A DNA stretch of 64,000 nt from an uncultured delta proteobacterium. GTDB lineage: Bacteria; Myxococcota; UBA727; VGSZ01. This document shows positions 38,304-50,051 of the stretch, piece after piece; the first letter of the stretch is position 1; every line of letters starts with the position of its first letter. The stretch is from NCBI GenBank assembly GCA_963775425.1, contig CAVZJB010000003.1, positions 416,001 to 480,000 on the forward strand, written 5' to 3'. The translations under genes and the position numbers were made by a program. Below the pieces are notes generated by a model. It did not search any database. It saw nothing but the letters and a program-made list of their open reading frames with translations, and was not told the DNA's origin.

Positions 38304-39827
38304 GTGACCACCGTTCGCGGAAAGGGGCCCGTGAAGCGGGGGCGCCGTCCTCTCGCGGACGGCGCGCTCCCGAAGAACGCGCCGGGCGTGAAGCGTGAGC
38401 ACCCCGCGCGCGCCAAGACGACGCCGGTGCCCTCAGGCGTAGACGCCCTCCAGCGCTTCGTCGCCGCCGATGTCCACGGCGCGGTGGACCCGGTCGTCCT
38501 GCGCTCCCACGCCGTCGACGAGTCGCTCGACAGCGTCTTTCGCAAGCACATGGTGGACTTCCGCACGTCCTTCGACGAGATGCGCAAGCAGCCGCCGTCG
38601 GTGGTGTTCTTCGGCGGCGCGCGGCTCAAACCGGGGGAGCCGCACTACGCGCTCGCCGAGGCCTTCGGGCGCGTGCTCGCCGAGCGCGGCATCCCGCCCA
38701 AGACGGGCCGCGGCCCCGGCGCCATGGAGGCGGTGCCCGCCGAGTTCATCGAGGCGCGCGACCACCGCACCGCGAAGGTGGTGCAGTCCGTGGTCGGCGG
38801 CGTCTCGCGGCTCGCGCACCTCGACGATCAGCGCACGCTCGGCTTCAACATCATCCTCCCCAAGGAGCAGGCGCCGAGCCCGGCCATCGAAAACGGCGGC
38901 GAGATCCAGAACTTCGCGTTCCGCAAGTTCGCGCTCTACGAGAACGTCCGCGGCGTCGTCGTGCTGCCCGGCGGCTTCGGCACCATGGACGAGCTCATGG
39001 AGGTCCTCGTCCTCAAGAAGAACGGCCGCACCCACGACCCCGTCGTGCTCGCAGGCACCGACTACTGGCAGCCCATCCTCGATGCCTGGAGGACGGCGGC
39101 CCAAAGGAACGGGGCGGACCTGCTCGCGGGGCTCCTCGACGAGGTGCTCGTCACCGACAATCCGCACGTCGCGCTCGACTACATCGAGGGGCAAAAGGGC
39201 GTGCGCTCCTTCGAGGAGGATCCCGACGTCCTCTACAAGCGCATGGTCCGGGAGATCAAGCTCGCGCGCTACGTCGCCGTTCGCCAGGACAAGGCCGTCA
39301 CCGTCCTCGGCGGCAACCGCCTGCGTCACGACGATCCCGCGCTCTCGCTCATCGCGGACCTCGCCGGCCGCATCGATCAGGCGGGCGAGCCGCTGCGCGT
39401 CGGCGAGGAGGGCCAGGTGGAGCGAGCGGTGGTGGCGGCGGCGGGCGACGTGCAGCGCGTCCTGTGGAGCGAGGACCCGTCGGTGCACAAGCGCAGCGAC
39501 GTCGACGTCGACGACGTTCGCTTCCACGAGCGTGTGCCGCAAAAGGAGGTCCTGCTGCGCAACGCCTCCGCCTACGTCGTCCTGCCCGACGCCGCGCGCG
39601 GCAAGGACGAGCTGTGCACCGTGCTGTGTCAGATCCAGACGGGCAAGCTGCCGAAGCGGCCCATCGTCCTCGTCGACAGCGCCTTTTGGAAGCCCATCGT
39701 CGACGCCTGGACCGCCCAGATGCTCGGCCCCGATCACGCGTACATCGCTCCCGACGACGTCAGCCTCATCAGCTACGCGGACACGGCCGACCAGGCCTTC
39801 GATGCCCTCGCGTCCGTGCTGCCGTAG
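38304..39827 (+). CDS. LOG-family nucleotide monophosphate phosphoribohydrolase with tandem LOG domains
   Basis: VVFFGGAR, TGRGPGAMEA, F.FRK and LPGGFGTMDEL motifs. The second copy is degenerate (LPDAARGKDEL..IQTGK..PIVL..FW). Confidence 0.85.
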   Translation: MTTVRGKGPVKRGRRPLADGALPKNAPGVKREHPARAKTTPVPSGVDALQRFVAADVHGAVDPVVLRSHAVDESLDSVFRKHMVDFRTSFDEMRKQPPSVVFFGGARLKPGEPHYALAEAFGRVLAERGIPPKTGRGPGAMEAVPAEFIEARDHRTAKVVQSVVGGVSRLAHLDDQRTLGFNIILPKEQAPSPAIENGGEIQNFAFRKFALYENVRGVVVLPGGFGTMDELMEVLVLKKNGRTHDPVVLAGTDYWQPILDAWRTAAQRNGADLLAGLLDEVLVTDNPHVALDYIEGQKGVRSFEEDPDVLYKRMVREIKLARYVAVRQDKAVTVLGGNRLRHDDPALSLIADLAGRIDQAGEPLRVGEEGQVERAVVAAAGDVQRVLWSEDPSVHKRSDVDVDDVRFHERVPQKEVLLRNASAYVVLPDAARGKDELCTVLCQIQTGKLPKRPIVLVDSAFWKPIVDAWTAQMLGPDHAYIAPDDVSLISYADTADQAFDALASVLP

Positions 39828-39845
39828 GGCTCGCTGCCCGAGGCG

Positions 39846-40538
39846 TTATGCCAGGACGCGCGCGCGCGCGAGCATGGCCTCGTAGACCGGCCGCGCTTCC
39901 ATGAACGTCTCGATGGGCGACGAGAACGAGAGGATCATCAGCAGGGCTTCGTCCCCGCGCTTGACCGCGCCGCGCCAGGAGAGCGTGCGGCGGCCGGTGC
40001 CGTCGGTGGAGAGGTAGAGCTCCTCGGCGCCCTTCTCCGTCGCCTGCAGCGCGGCGAGCGCGTCCTTGGAGTCCGGGCCCCAGCCGTCGAGGAGGATGCC
40101 GTCGGCGTCGCCGAGCTTCATGCGCTTGTGGCCCTGAAGGCGGCCGAGGCGCACGAGCTCCTCCACCTCCTCGAGGTAGGGCGCGAGGAACTTCTCGAGG
40201 GGCGTGTCCTCGGCGAGGCGCCACGAGGAGACGTCGATGCTGTGGCCGTCGGCGGTCCCGTCGTGGTTGAAGCTCAACGACCGCCCGTCGAGCTGGAGGC
40301 CGAGGAAGCGCCAACCCTCCGGCACCAGGAGCTCCACGCCGCGCTTGGCGAGCCAGCGGCGCGCGTCGGGGACGGCGGGGGGCGCGAGCTTCTGCGGGTC
40401 GAGCGAGCCCGGGCCGGCGAGCGCCTTGTCGTCGAGCCCGGCCTTGTTGATGATGTGTGCGCGGTCGCCGACGGGGCTCGACGCCGTCGCCGCCGTGCCT
40501 TCGCCGGCCTTCTGTCGCTTCGGGTCGGGTTTCGCCAC
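39846..40538 (-). CDS. Hypothetical protein, PsbP/DcrB-like pattern
   Basis: VELLVPEGW...KLGDADG...LSFSS..F....YEAML pattern. GTG start at 40538 is inferred. Confidence 0.6.
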   Translation of the reverse strand: MAKPDPKRQKAGEGTAATASSPVGDRAHIINKAGLDDKALAGPGSLDPQKLAPPAVPDARRWLAKRGVELLVPEGWRFLGLQLDGRSLSFNHDGTADGHSIDVSSWRLAEDTPLEKFLAPYLEEVEELVRLGRLQGHKRMKLGDADGILLDGWGPDSKDALAALQATEKGAEELYLSTDGTGRRTLSWRGAVKRGDEALLMILSFSSPIETFMEARPVYEAMLARARVLA

Positions 40539-40596
40539 GGCGCCGACTGTAGCATGCAGGCGGGTGGCGCAATCGCCCCGGCGCCGAGGAGGACCC

Positions 40597-41121
40597 ATGC
40601 CTGGAACCATCCTGATGTTGTGCGGCCCCGACTACGAAGACCTCGAGGTCTGGTACCCCAAGCTCCGGCTCGAGGAGGCCGGCTACACCGTCAAGGTCGC
40701 CGGCCTCGGCGCGGCCGAGTACACGGGGAAGTGGGGCTATCCGGTGAAGACCGACGGGCAGGTCAAGGACTTCCCCGCCGACACCCTCGTCGGCCTCATC
40801 GCCCCCGGCGGCTGGGCGCCGGACAAGCTCCGGCGTGACGACGAGGTCAAAGCGCGCGTGCGCGAGGTCCATGCGCAGGGCAAGCTCGTCGCCACCATCT
40901 GCCACGGCGGGTGGGTGCTCATCTCGGCCGGCATCGTGAAGGGCAAGCGCATCACCGGCACCACCGCGATCAAGGACGACCTCGAAAACGCCGGCGCCAC
41001 GTGGGTGGACGAGCCCGTCGTCGTCGACGGCAACATCGTCAGCTCCCGCGTGCCCAAGGACCTGCCGCGCTTCGGCGCCGCGCTCGTCGAGGTGCTCGCG
41101 CGCCAGCGCTCGTCATCGTGA
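40597..41121 (+). CDS. PfpI/DJ-1 family protein
   Basis: SD GGAGG; YEDLE, PGG.APDKLR, nucleophile ICHG, VVVDGNIVSSR.PKDL. Confidence 0.92.
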   Translation: MPGTILMLCGPDYEDLEVWYPKLRLEEAGYTVKVAGLGAAEYTGKWGYPVKTDGQVKDFPADTLVGLIAPGGWAPDKLRRDDEVKARVREVHAQGKLVATICHGGWVLISAGIVKGKRITGTTAIKDDLENAGATWVDEPVVVDGNIVSSRVPKDLPRFGAALVEVLARQRSSS

Positions 41122-41151
41122 TGAGCGACCGGAGCGAGCGGCCGCGCTTAC

Positions 41152-42408
41152 TCAGCGCGCGGGCAGCGCGAGCTCGATGGCGGCCCCGGCGGCGCCCGGC
41201 ACGATCCGCCAGCTCCCGCCGCTCGCGGTGACGACGGCGTCGACGATGCGGAAGCCGAGGCCGCTGCCGCCGGTCTTGGTGGTGCCGCTCGGCCGCGCGG
41301 AGAGGCCCGGGCCGTCGTCGACCACGCGCACGCCGCCGGCGGCGGGCTCCACGCGGATGCGCGAGGCCCCCCGCGTGCCGTCCCCCTCGCACGCGTTCAA
41401 AAGGAGGTTGAGCGCCACGCGCTCGAGCGCGATCGCCCCGCCGGCGACGCGGGCGAAGGCGCTCACCTCGACGTCGATCGCGACGTCGGGGAAGCGCGCG
41501 GCCACCACGCGCGCGGCGCGGGTGAACGCGCTGGCGACGTCGACGTCGTCGACGACCTCCAGGGCGGCGGCCTCGGCGAGGGCGTCGGCGCGCAGCGAGC
41601 GCAGCACGCGTTGGGCGGCGCCCAGGTCTTCGCGGAGGCGATCGGCGTGCACGCGGTGGCCGGCGTCGAGCGCGCCGCGCTCGTCGAGCTCGCGCGCCAT
41701 CAGCTCGGCGTTCAACAGCGCCGAGCCGAGCGTGCTCTTCAAGTCATGGTGCTCCTCGATGACGGTCTCGAGGCCGCGCCGCGCGCGGTCGGCGCGCACC
41801 GACGAGGTGGCCGCGTCCTCGGCCATGGACCGCGCCCGGCGCGCCACGGCGATGGCCGTCGCCGACGTGAAGGCGACGCACATGACGATGATGAGGGGCG
41901 TGCCCTGCGTGGTGTGGAGCTGCCCCGGGACCAGCAGGTGGTCCAGCGCGATGAGCGCGGCCAGCGAAGCGGCGTTCAGGATCGATCCGGCGACCGCCAC
42001 AGGCGTGGAGAGCCGGAAGCCCGCGACGGTGATCATGAGGAACAGCACCGCGACGTCGGGGTGCCCGAGCACGCCGCGGTAGACCGCCGCCGGCCACAAC
42101 ACGTTGGACGCGAGCGCCAGGAAGCACACGGCGGCGTCGATGCTCACCGACGCATAGAGGAGCCCCCGGGGAAAGGCGGGCCGGCGCGTGCGCCGCACGA
42201 TCCAGATCGAAAACGCGGCCGTGACCGCCACCGCGGGCACCATGACGAGGGCGCCGGTGGGCACGCGATCGCCGTCCCAGAGCCCGCCGAAGGACGCGCG
42301 GCGGACGATCGCGGCGACGCAGAACACCGCGCGCGCGCTGGAGATCCAGCGCTCGCTGGCGCGGGTGCTCCCATCGACGATGGAGGCGACAGCGGCGTCC
42401 ACGATCAC
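41152..42408 (-). CDS. Multi-TM sensor histidine kinase
   Basis: 5-6 TM segments; HDLKSTL H-box; NLLLNA; DDGPG; GSGLGF. Divergent from a response regulator. Confidence 0.75.
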   Translation of the reverse strand: MIVDAAVASIVDGSTRASERWISSARAVFCVAAIVRRASFGGLWDGDRVPTGALVMVPAVAVTAAFSIWIVRRTRRPAFPRGLLYASVSIDAAVCFLALASNVLWPAAVYRGVLGHPDVAVLFLMITVAGFRLSTPVAVAGSILNAASLAALIALDHLLVPGQLHTTQGTPLIIVMCVAFTSATAIAVARRARSMAEDAATSSVRADRARRGLETVIEEHHDLKSTLGSALLNAELMARELDERGALDAGHRVHADRLREDLGAAQRVLRSLRADALAEAAALEVVDDVDVASAFTRAARVVAARFPDVAIDVEVSAFARVAGGAIALERVALNLLLNACEGDGTRGASRIRVEPAAGGVRVVDDGPGLSARPSGTTKTGGSGLGFRIVDAVVTASGGSWRIVPGAAGAAIELALPAR

Positions 42409-42474
42409 TCTGTGTCACCGGTGGGCTGTCTCATGCAAGGCGCGGCGCGGCGGATCCGGGCTAGCGTCGCAGCC

Positions 42475-43035
42475 ATGAGCCGGCCCGTATCCCGCATCCT
42501 CGTCGTCGATGACCACGAGAGCCTGCGCGGCCAGCTCATGCGCGCCCTGGTGCGGCGCGCCGACGACGTGATCGGCGCCGGGACCGTCGCCGAGGCCCGG
42601 GACGCGCTCGCGGCCCCGCCCCCGCCCGATCTGGTCCTCCTCGACGTGGCCCTCCCCGACGGAGACGCGTTCGACGTCCTCGCGGCCATCGACGGGCTCA
42701 CGCCCGCCCCGGTCGTCGTCGGGATGAGCGGCAGCGCCACCAATTCCCAGGCGTTCGCGCTCGCCACCCGCGGCGTGCGCGCGTTCATCGGAAAGCCACT
42801 CGAGCTCGACGAGCTCTACGCGGTGATCGACGCGGCGCTCGACGCGGCGCCGCCGTTCGCCCCCACGGTGCGCGCGGCCGTGGGGCACACCTCGCTCGAC
42901 GACGTCGAGGAGGACGTGCGCGCGCTGATGGTCAAGGAGGCGCTCGCGCTCTCCGGCGGCAACCGTCGCGCCGCCGCGCGCATGCTCTCGATCACCCGCC
43001 AGCGCCTTCAGTACATCCTGCGCTCCGCCGATTGA
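42475..43035 (+). CDS. Response regulator (REC + Fis-type HTH, RegA/PrrA-like)
   Basis: ILVVDD, LLDVALPDG, FIGKP and GGNRRAAARMLSITRQRL motifs. Start 42475. Confidence 0.88.
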   Translation: MSRPVSRILVVDDHESLRGQLMRALVRRADDVIGAGTVAEARDALAAPPPPDLVLLDVALPDGDAFDVLAAIDGLTPAPVVVGMSGSATNSQAFALATRGVRAFIGKPLELDELYAVIDAALDAAPPFAPTVRAAVGHTSLDDVEEDVRALMVKEALALSGGNRRAAARMLSITRQRLQYILRSAD

Positions 43036-43068
43036 GCTGCGCGGCGTCACGCGCTCGCGCTCTTCGGC

Positions 43069-44046
43069 TCAGGCGCCGACGGCGGGCGTGGAGGTCACGC
43101 GCGTGAAGCCGAAGCGCCGCACGAGGCCGACGCGCCCGTCCACGACGGCTAGCGGGCGCTCGAGCCGCAACACGCCGTCGCCGCCGAGGACGCCGTCGGA
43201 CATGCCGGCGGCGCCGCCGAACGCCGTGCACGCCTCGCCCGCCGGCGCCGGCGCGCGCACGAGGCCCGAGAGGTGGAGCACGCGCGCGAGCGGAAGCGGG
43301 GCCCCGGCCACGATCCCGCCCGCGGCACGGTCCAGCGCGGGGGAAAACAGCGTGACCGTGTCGCCGGCGCGCGCGGGGACGCCGTCGACGACGCCACCCA
43401 GCTCCCGCCAGCCAGCGGTGGCGTCGTCGTCGAAGAGGAGCGCCCGGGGCGCGCGCTCCTCGAGCGCGCCCCACAACAGGCGCGCCTTCGCGCCGTCGCC
43501 CGCGCCTGCCGGGCGCGCGCCGTCGCCGGCGACGGCGGCGAGGAAGCCGGCGTGAACGCGGGGCAGGGCGGTGGCGTCGACGAGGTCGAGGAGCGCGTGC
43601 AGCTCGCGCGCGCCGAGGGACGCGCCGTCGCCCGCGAGGGAGAGCGCCGGCATGTCGTCGCCGGGCAGCTCCCCCTCGAACAGCAGGTCGCGCCCGAGGC
43701 TCTCCCGGAGCGCCGCCGGTCCGTCGGCCGGCACCACCGTCACGGCGCGGCGCACGCCGCACGCGTGCAGCACGTGGAGGTCGCGCGCCGCGTCGCCGGT
43801 GGCGCGGCCGGCGACGACGATGGCGAGGTCGGCGCCGCGGGAACGCCCGACGCGCGCGCGCAGCGGGAGCTCGGCCGGCAGCTCCTCGAGGAGCAGCTCG
43901 TACAGCTCCGTCTCGACGAGCACGACGTCACCGGGGCTCCCCGCGGGGGCAGGTTTCGTGCGGGCCCCCGCGGCGAGGGCGCGCGCGAACGACGGCCGCG
44001 GGCGCGCGCGGGCATCGACGAGCACGGCCCGGATACGCGGCTTCAC
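43069..44046 (-). CDS. Degenerate EF-Tu-like protein (three-domain layout, G motifs lost)
   Basis: Colinear EF-Tu-like segments KPRIR, GADLAIVVA, GRDLL..ELPGDDMP, ARAGDTV and LERPLAVVDG. GTG start overlaps the GNAT stop (GTGA). Confidence 0.6.
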   Translation of the reverse strand: MKPRIRAVLVDARARPRPSFARALAAGARTKPAPAGSPGDVVLVETELYELLLEELPAELPLRARVGRSRGADLAIVVAGRATGDAARDLHVLHACGVRRAVTVVPADGPAALRESLGRDLLFEGELPGDDMPALSLAGDGASLGARELHALLDLVDATALPRVHAGFLAAVAGDGARPAGAGDGAKARLLWGALEERAPRALLFDDDATAGWRELGGVVDGVPARAGDTVTLFSPALDRAAGGIVAGAPLPLARVLHLSGLVRAPAPAGEACTAFGGAAGMSDGVLGGDGVLRLERPLAVVDGRVGLVRRFGFTRVTSTPAVGA

Positions 44047-44480
44047 GTGTGCCACACGAGGCGCGACAGGCGGGGCTCGCGCGAGGGGACCACGACGAAG
44101 CCGAGCTTCTTTGCGCACGCGATGGCGGCGCCGGCGCGCGGGGGGACGTGCACGCTCATGGGGACGTCGGCGCGGATGGCCTCGTCGATGAGCTCGCGCC
44201 CGAGCGCGAGCCCCACGCCGCGACGCCGAAACGGGGGAGCGACGACGAGCTCCGCGATGTGGACCTCGTGGCGCGGTCGCAGCACGCGCATGAACGCGGC
44301 GACCTCCTCGCCCTCGACGAGGACGACGTGGGCGCCGGCCTCGAACGCCGCGCGCCACGCGCGCTCGTCGAGGAGCGGGTGGTCGGGCTCCACCACGGCG
44401 GCGAACGCGTCGCGCGTGAGCGTCCACAACACGCCGGCGTCGCGGGCGGTGGAGGCGCGGCGGCCGAGCCGGAGCTTCAT
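44043..44480 (-). CDS. GNAT-family N-acetyltransferase
   Basis: HIAELVVAPPFRRRGVG acetyl-CoA motif A and KKLGF. ATGA/GTGA coupling on both sides. Confidence 0.8.
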   Translation of the reverse strand: MKLRLGRRASTARDAGVLWTLTRDAFAAVVEPDHPLLDERAWRAAFEAGAHVVLVEGEEVAAFMRVLRPRHEVHIAELVVAPPFRRRGVGLALGRELIDEAIRADVPMSVHVPPRAGAAIACAKKLGFVVVPSREPRLSRLVWHT

Positions 44481-45271
44481 CGGCGCACCCTGCGCACCGC
44501 GACGACGTCGTTTTCCTCGTCGAGCCACGCGACGCGTTTGGCGGGCGGCGGCAGGCAGCGCGCGGCGAGGCGCACGGGGCCGTGGGCGTCGCCCTGGCGC
44601 GCGCCGACGACGCAGCGGCCCGTGAACAGCGTGGCGCGGGCGCGCGCCGTGGGCCGCGCGCCCGGGGGGCCGCCTCCGTCGCGGGCCGCCGGCGGCGCGC
44701 CCTCGAGGGAGAGCGCGTCGGTGAGCGGGCCCGTCGGCAGCGCCCGCGGCCGGGCGGCGGCGACGAGCGCGGAGAGCGGCGCGGCGAGGCGCTCGAGGTC
44801 GTCGTCGTCGAACCCGGGCGCGGGCCGGACCACCGCGGCGCCGTCGCCGTCGAGGCCCCACTGCGCGATGAGCCCGCGCAGGCGTCGCTCGGCGTCGTCG
44901 TCGCCGGCGACGAGGGCGACCGCGGGGACGGCGGCGACCGCCGCGAGCTTCAGCACGTGCCGCGCGCGCGCCGGCAGCGGTTCGAGGAGCACGAGGAGCG
45001 ACGCGCGGGCGAGCGCCTCCGCCCAGGCGGCGAGGGTGGCGCCGCCGCCGGGATCGCGGACGAGGGCGACGTCGATGTCCTCGGCGACGGCCCACGGCCG
45101 CGCGGCCAACGCCTCGGCGGGCGCGTCGAGGGCGAGGCCCGCGCCGCCGACGACGGCGACGCGCACCGGCGGGCGTGAGCCGCTCCACACGAGCCAGCCG
45201 CCGGCGGTCTCGCCGACGACGAGCGCGTCCTCGGGCAGGTCCTCGGTCTTCGACACGGCCCGCTCAGACAC
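44477..45271 (-). CDS. Degenerate, shortened EF-Tu G-domain-like protein
   Basis: RPPVRVAVVG, RDPG, PLPARARHVLKLAAVAAVP and ERRLRGLIAQWGLDGDGAAVVR parallel EF-Tu G-domain segments. Overlaps both neighbours. Confidence 0.5.
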   Translation of the reverse strand: MSERAVSKTEDLPEDALVVGETAGGWLVWSGSRPPVRVAVVGGAGLALDAPAEALAARPWAVAEDIDVALVRDPGGGATLAAWAEALARASLLVLLEPLPARARHVLKLAAVAAVPAVALVAGDDDAERRLRGLIAQWGLDGDGAAVVRPAPGFDDDDLERLAAPLSALVAAARPRALPTGPLTDALSLEGAPPAARDGGGPPGARPTARARATLFTGRCVVGARQGDAHGPVRLAARCLPPPAKRVAWLDEENDVVAVRRVRR

Positions 45272-46208
45272 CGAGGCCCCCCTCGGTCCGGGTGGAGCGT
45301 ACGTGCAGGACGCGCACGGGGCCGAGCCCGGCCCCCTTGAGGAGCACCACGCCGACGCGCCCCTGGTTCGGGCAGATGGGGCGGTCGACCTCGACGACGC
45401 CGCCGCCGAAGCGCGCGTGGCCGAAGCCGCCGTTTCCCCCGAACGCGATGCAGGGCTCGATTCCGACCGACGCGCCGTCGGGCTCGACGACGAAGCGGCG
45501 CGCCGAGGGCAGGGGCTCGCTGGCGATCACGAGCTCGTCGCCGTTTTCGAACGGATGATCCCCAAGGTCGAACGACGTGAAGCGCTCGCCGTGCGTGACC
45601 ACCACGCTCCTGCGCAGGAAGCCTTCCGGCCACAGCACGTGCGCCTCCGCGCGCGCGGGCATGGGCCCATGAATGACCCGGCCCCAAAACGGCGCGGGTG
45701 CGCGCCGCGCGCCGGCGACGCGCGCGACGGCGAGGAAGCCGTCGTGGAAGATCGGCGCCGCCGCGCGGGCGACGAGGTCCGCGACGGAGTCCTCCGTCGA
45801 TCCCGACAGCGCGTCGTCGCCGCCGGCGAGGTCGGCGCCGAGGCCGGTGACGAGATAGCGCGCGCTGCGCTCGTCGACGTCGCGGCAGCCGGGCGGGACC
45901 GCGATCACCGCGGCGCGTGCGCCGGCGGCGACTGCGATGCGCGCGGCGCGGGCGACCGCGGAGACGTGGGGGCCGGCGACGACGACGACGACGTCGGCGC
46001 CGCGGGCGGCTTCGATCATCTCGCGGGTGCCGCGCGCCGGGAGCGTGACGAAGCGGACGTCGGCCTGCGCGCTCGCGACCGTGGTGCTGCGCGCCCCGTG
46101 CGCGCGCGGGGCGCCGGCGGGCAGCGAGGCGAGCGGCGCGTCGCTCGCGCGCGCGTCGAGGACGACCGCGGACAGGGTCGGTACCGGGCGCGCGCCGCTC
46201 ACGGTCAT
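45264..46208 (-). CDS. Degenerate EF-Tu-like protein, paralog of 43069-44046
   Basis: Shares DARA, RGAD..VVAG, H.GFLA, PLP.AR, C.AFGG and RP...GRVG with the paralog. EMIEAARGAD and WGRVIHG resemble EF-Tu NMITGAAQMD and TGRVERG. Confidence 0.55.
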   Translation of the reverse strand: MTVSGARPVPTLSAVVLDARASDAPLASLPAGAPRAHGARSTTVASAQADVRFVTLPARGTREMIEAARGADVVVVVAGPHVSAVARAARIAVAAGARAAVIAVPPGCRDVDERSARYLVTGLGADLAGGDDALSGSTEDSVADLVARAAAPIFHDGFLAVARVAGARRAPAPFWGRVIHGPMPARAEAHVLWPEGFLRRSVVVTHGERFTSFDLGDHPFENGDELVIASEPLPSARRFVVEPDGASVGIEPCIAFGGNGGFGHARFGGGVVEVDRPICPNQGRVGVVLLKGAGLGPVRVLHVRSTRTEGGLGV

Positions 46209-46262
46209 CGCCCGGACAATCGCACGACGCGCCGACCGCGGGGAGCGGCCGCGCTCAGCGCG

Positions 46263-49003
<2,741 letters not shown>

Positions 49004-49004
<1 letters not shown>

Positions 49005-50002
49005 CAGAGTGAGTCCGCGGCGAAGTGCGCAGCGCCGAGGAGCGGCGCCTTGTCGTTGAGGGCGACGTGCACGGGCACCTGGCGCAGGAGCTCCGCGAAG
49101 CGGCCCTTGTCGACGAAGGCCTTCATGAACGCCCCGCGCTGCAGGATGGGCAGCAGCTTGGGCGCGATGCCGCCGCCGATGAAGAGCCCGCCGGTGGCGA
49201 GGAACTTGAGCGCGACGTTGCCCGCCTCGGCGCCGTACAGGTGCGCGAACAGGTCGGCCGCGGCGGCGCACAGCCTGTCGGTGCCGTTGACGGCCTCGAC
49301 GCCGACGACGGCGCCCTTGTCACCGGTGGCCTTGATCTTGGCGGCGACGGCGGGGCTCTCCTCGTGCACGCCCTTGTGCTTGAGGAAGTCGTAGAGGTTG
49401 CCGATGCCCATGCCCGACACCACGCGCTCCCAGGACACGTGCTGCTCGTCGCTGCCGAGGCGGCGCGCCACGAAGGTGCGCAGCTCGAACTCGAGCGGGG
49501 TGGCGGGCGAGAAGGAGGCGTGGCCGCCCTCGGACGCCACGGGGCGGTGGCCGTCGCCGGTGTCGACGAGGAGGCCCTCGCCGAGGCCGGTGCCGGCGGC
49601 GATGACGGCGATGTTCCCCCGGCGGGGCCCGCTCTTGCCCGGGTTCAGCACGGACAGCTCGCTCTCGCCGAGGTGGAGCATGCCGTAGCCCGCCGCTTGC
49701 AGGTCGTTCAGCAGCCGCGCGCGGGGGACCTTCAAGGTCTCAGCGAGGGGGCCCTCGGCGAGGGTCCAGGGAAGGTTGGTGGTCTTGCACGCGCCGTCGA
49801 CGACGGCGCCCGGCACGCCGAAGCAGGCCATGCGCACGAGCACGTCGGGCGAGCCCTCCATGAAGGCGAGACAGAGGGCCTCGAGCGACGGGAAGTCGCG
49901 GCTGGCGTACGTCTGCTCGCGCACCTTCTCGAGCGTGCCGACCCCGCTCTCGTACAGAGCGAGCACGGTCTTGGTTCCTCCGACGTCACCGGCCAACAAC
50001 AT
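49004..50002 (-). CDS. glk: Glucokinase
   Basis: [40 protein letters not shown] and F.DKGRF motifs. Confidence 0.93.
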
Positions 50003-50051
50003 GGGACACCTCGCGAAGGGGCCCCCTTATCTGTCGTCGGGACCCTCGTCG

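Noticed and set aside
17637-39827. GH3 plus LOG as a phytohormone (auxin/cytokinin) system
   Set aside because: The genes are about 19 kb apart, both families are widespread in bacteria, and nothing in the sequence supports hormone substrates.
43069-46208. Annotating these ORFs as functional tuf or selB
   Set aside because: All nucleotide-binding motifs are missing and similarity is remote, so they are kept only as EF-Tu-like.
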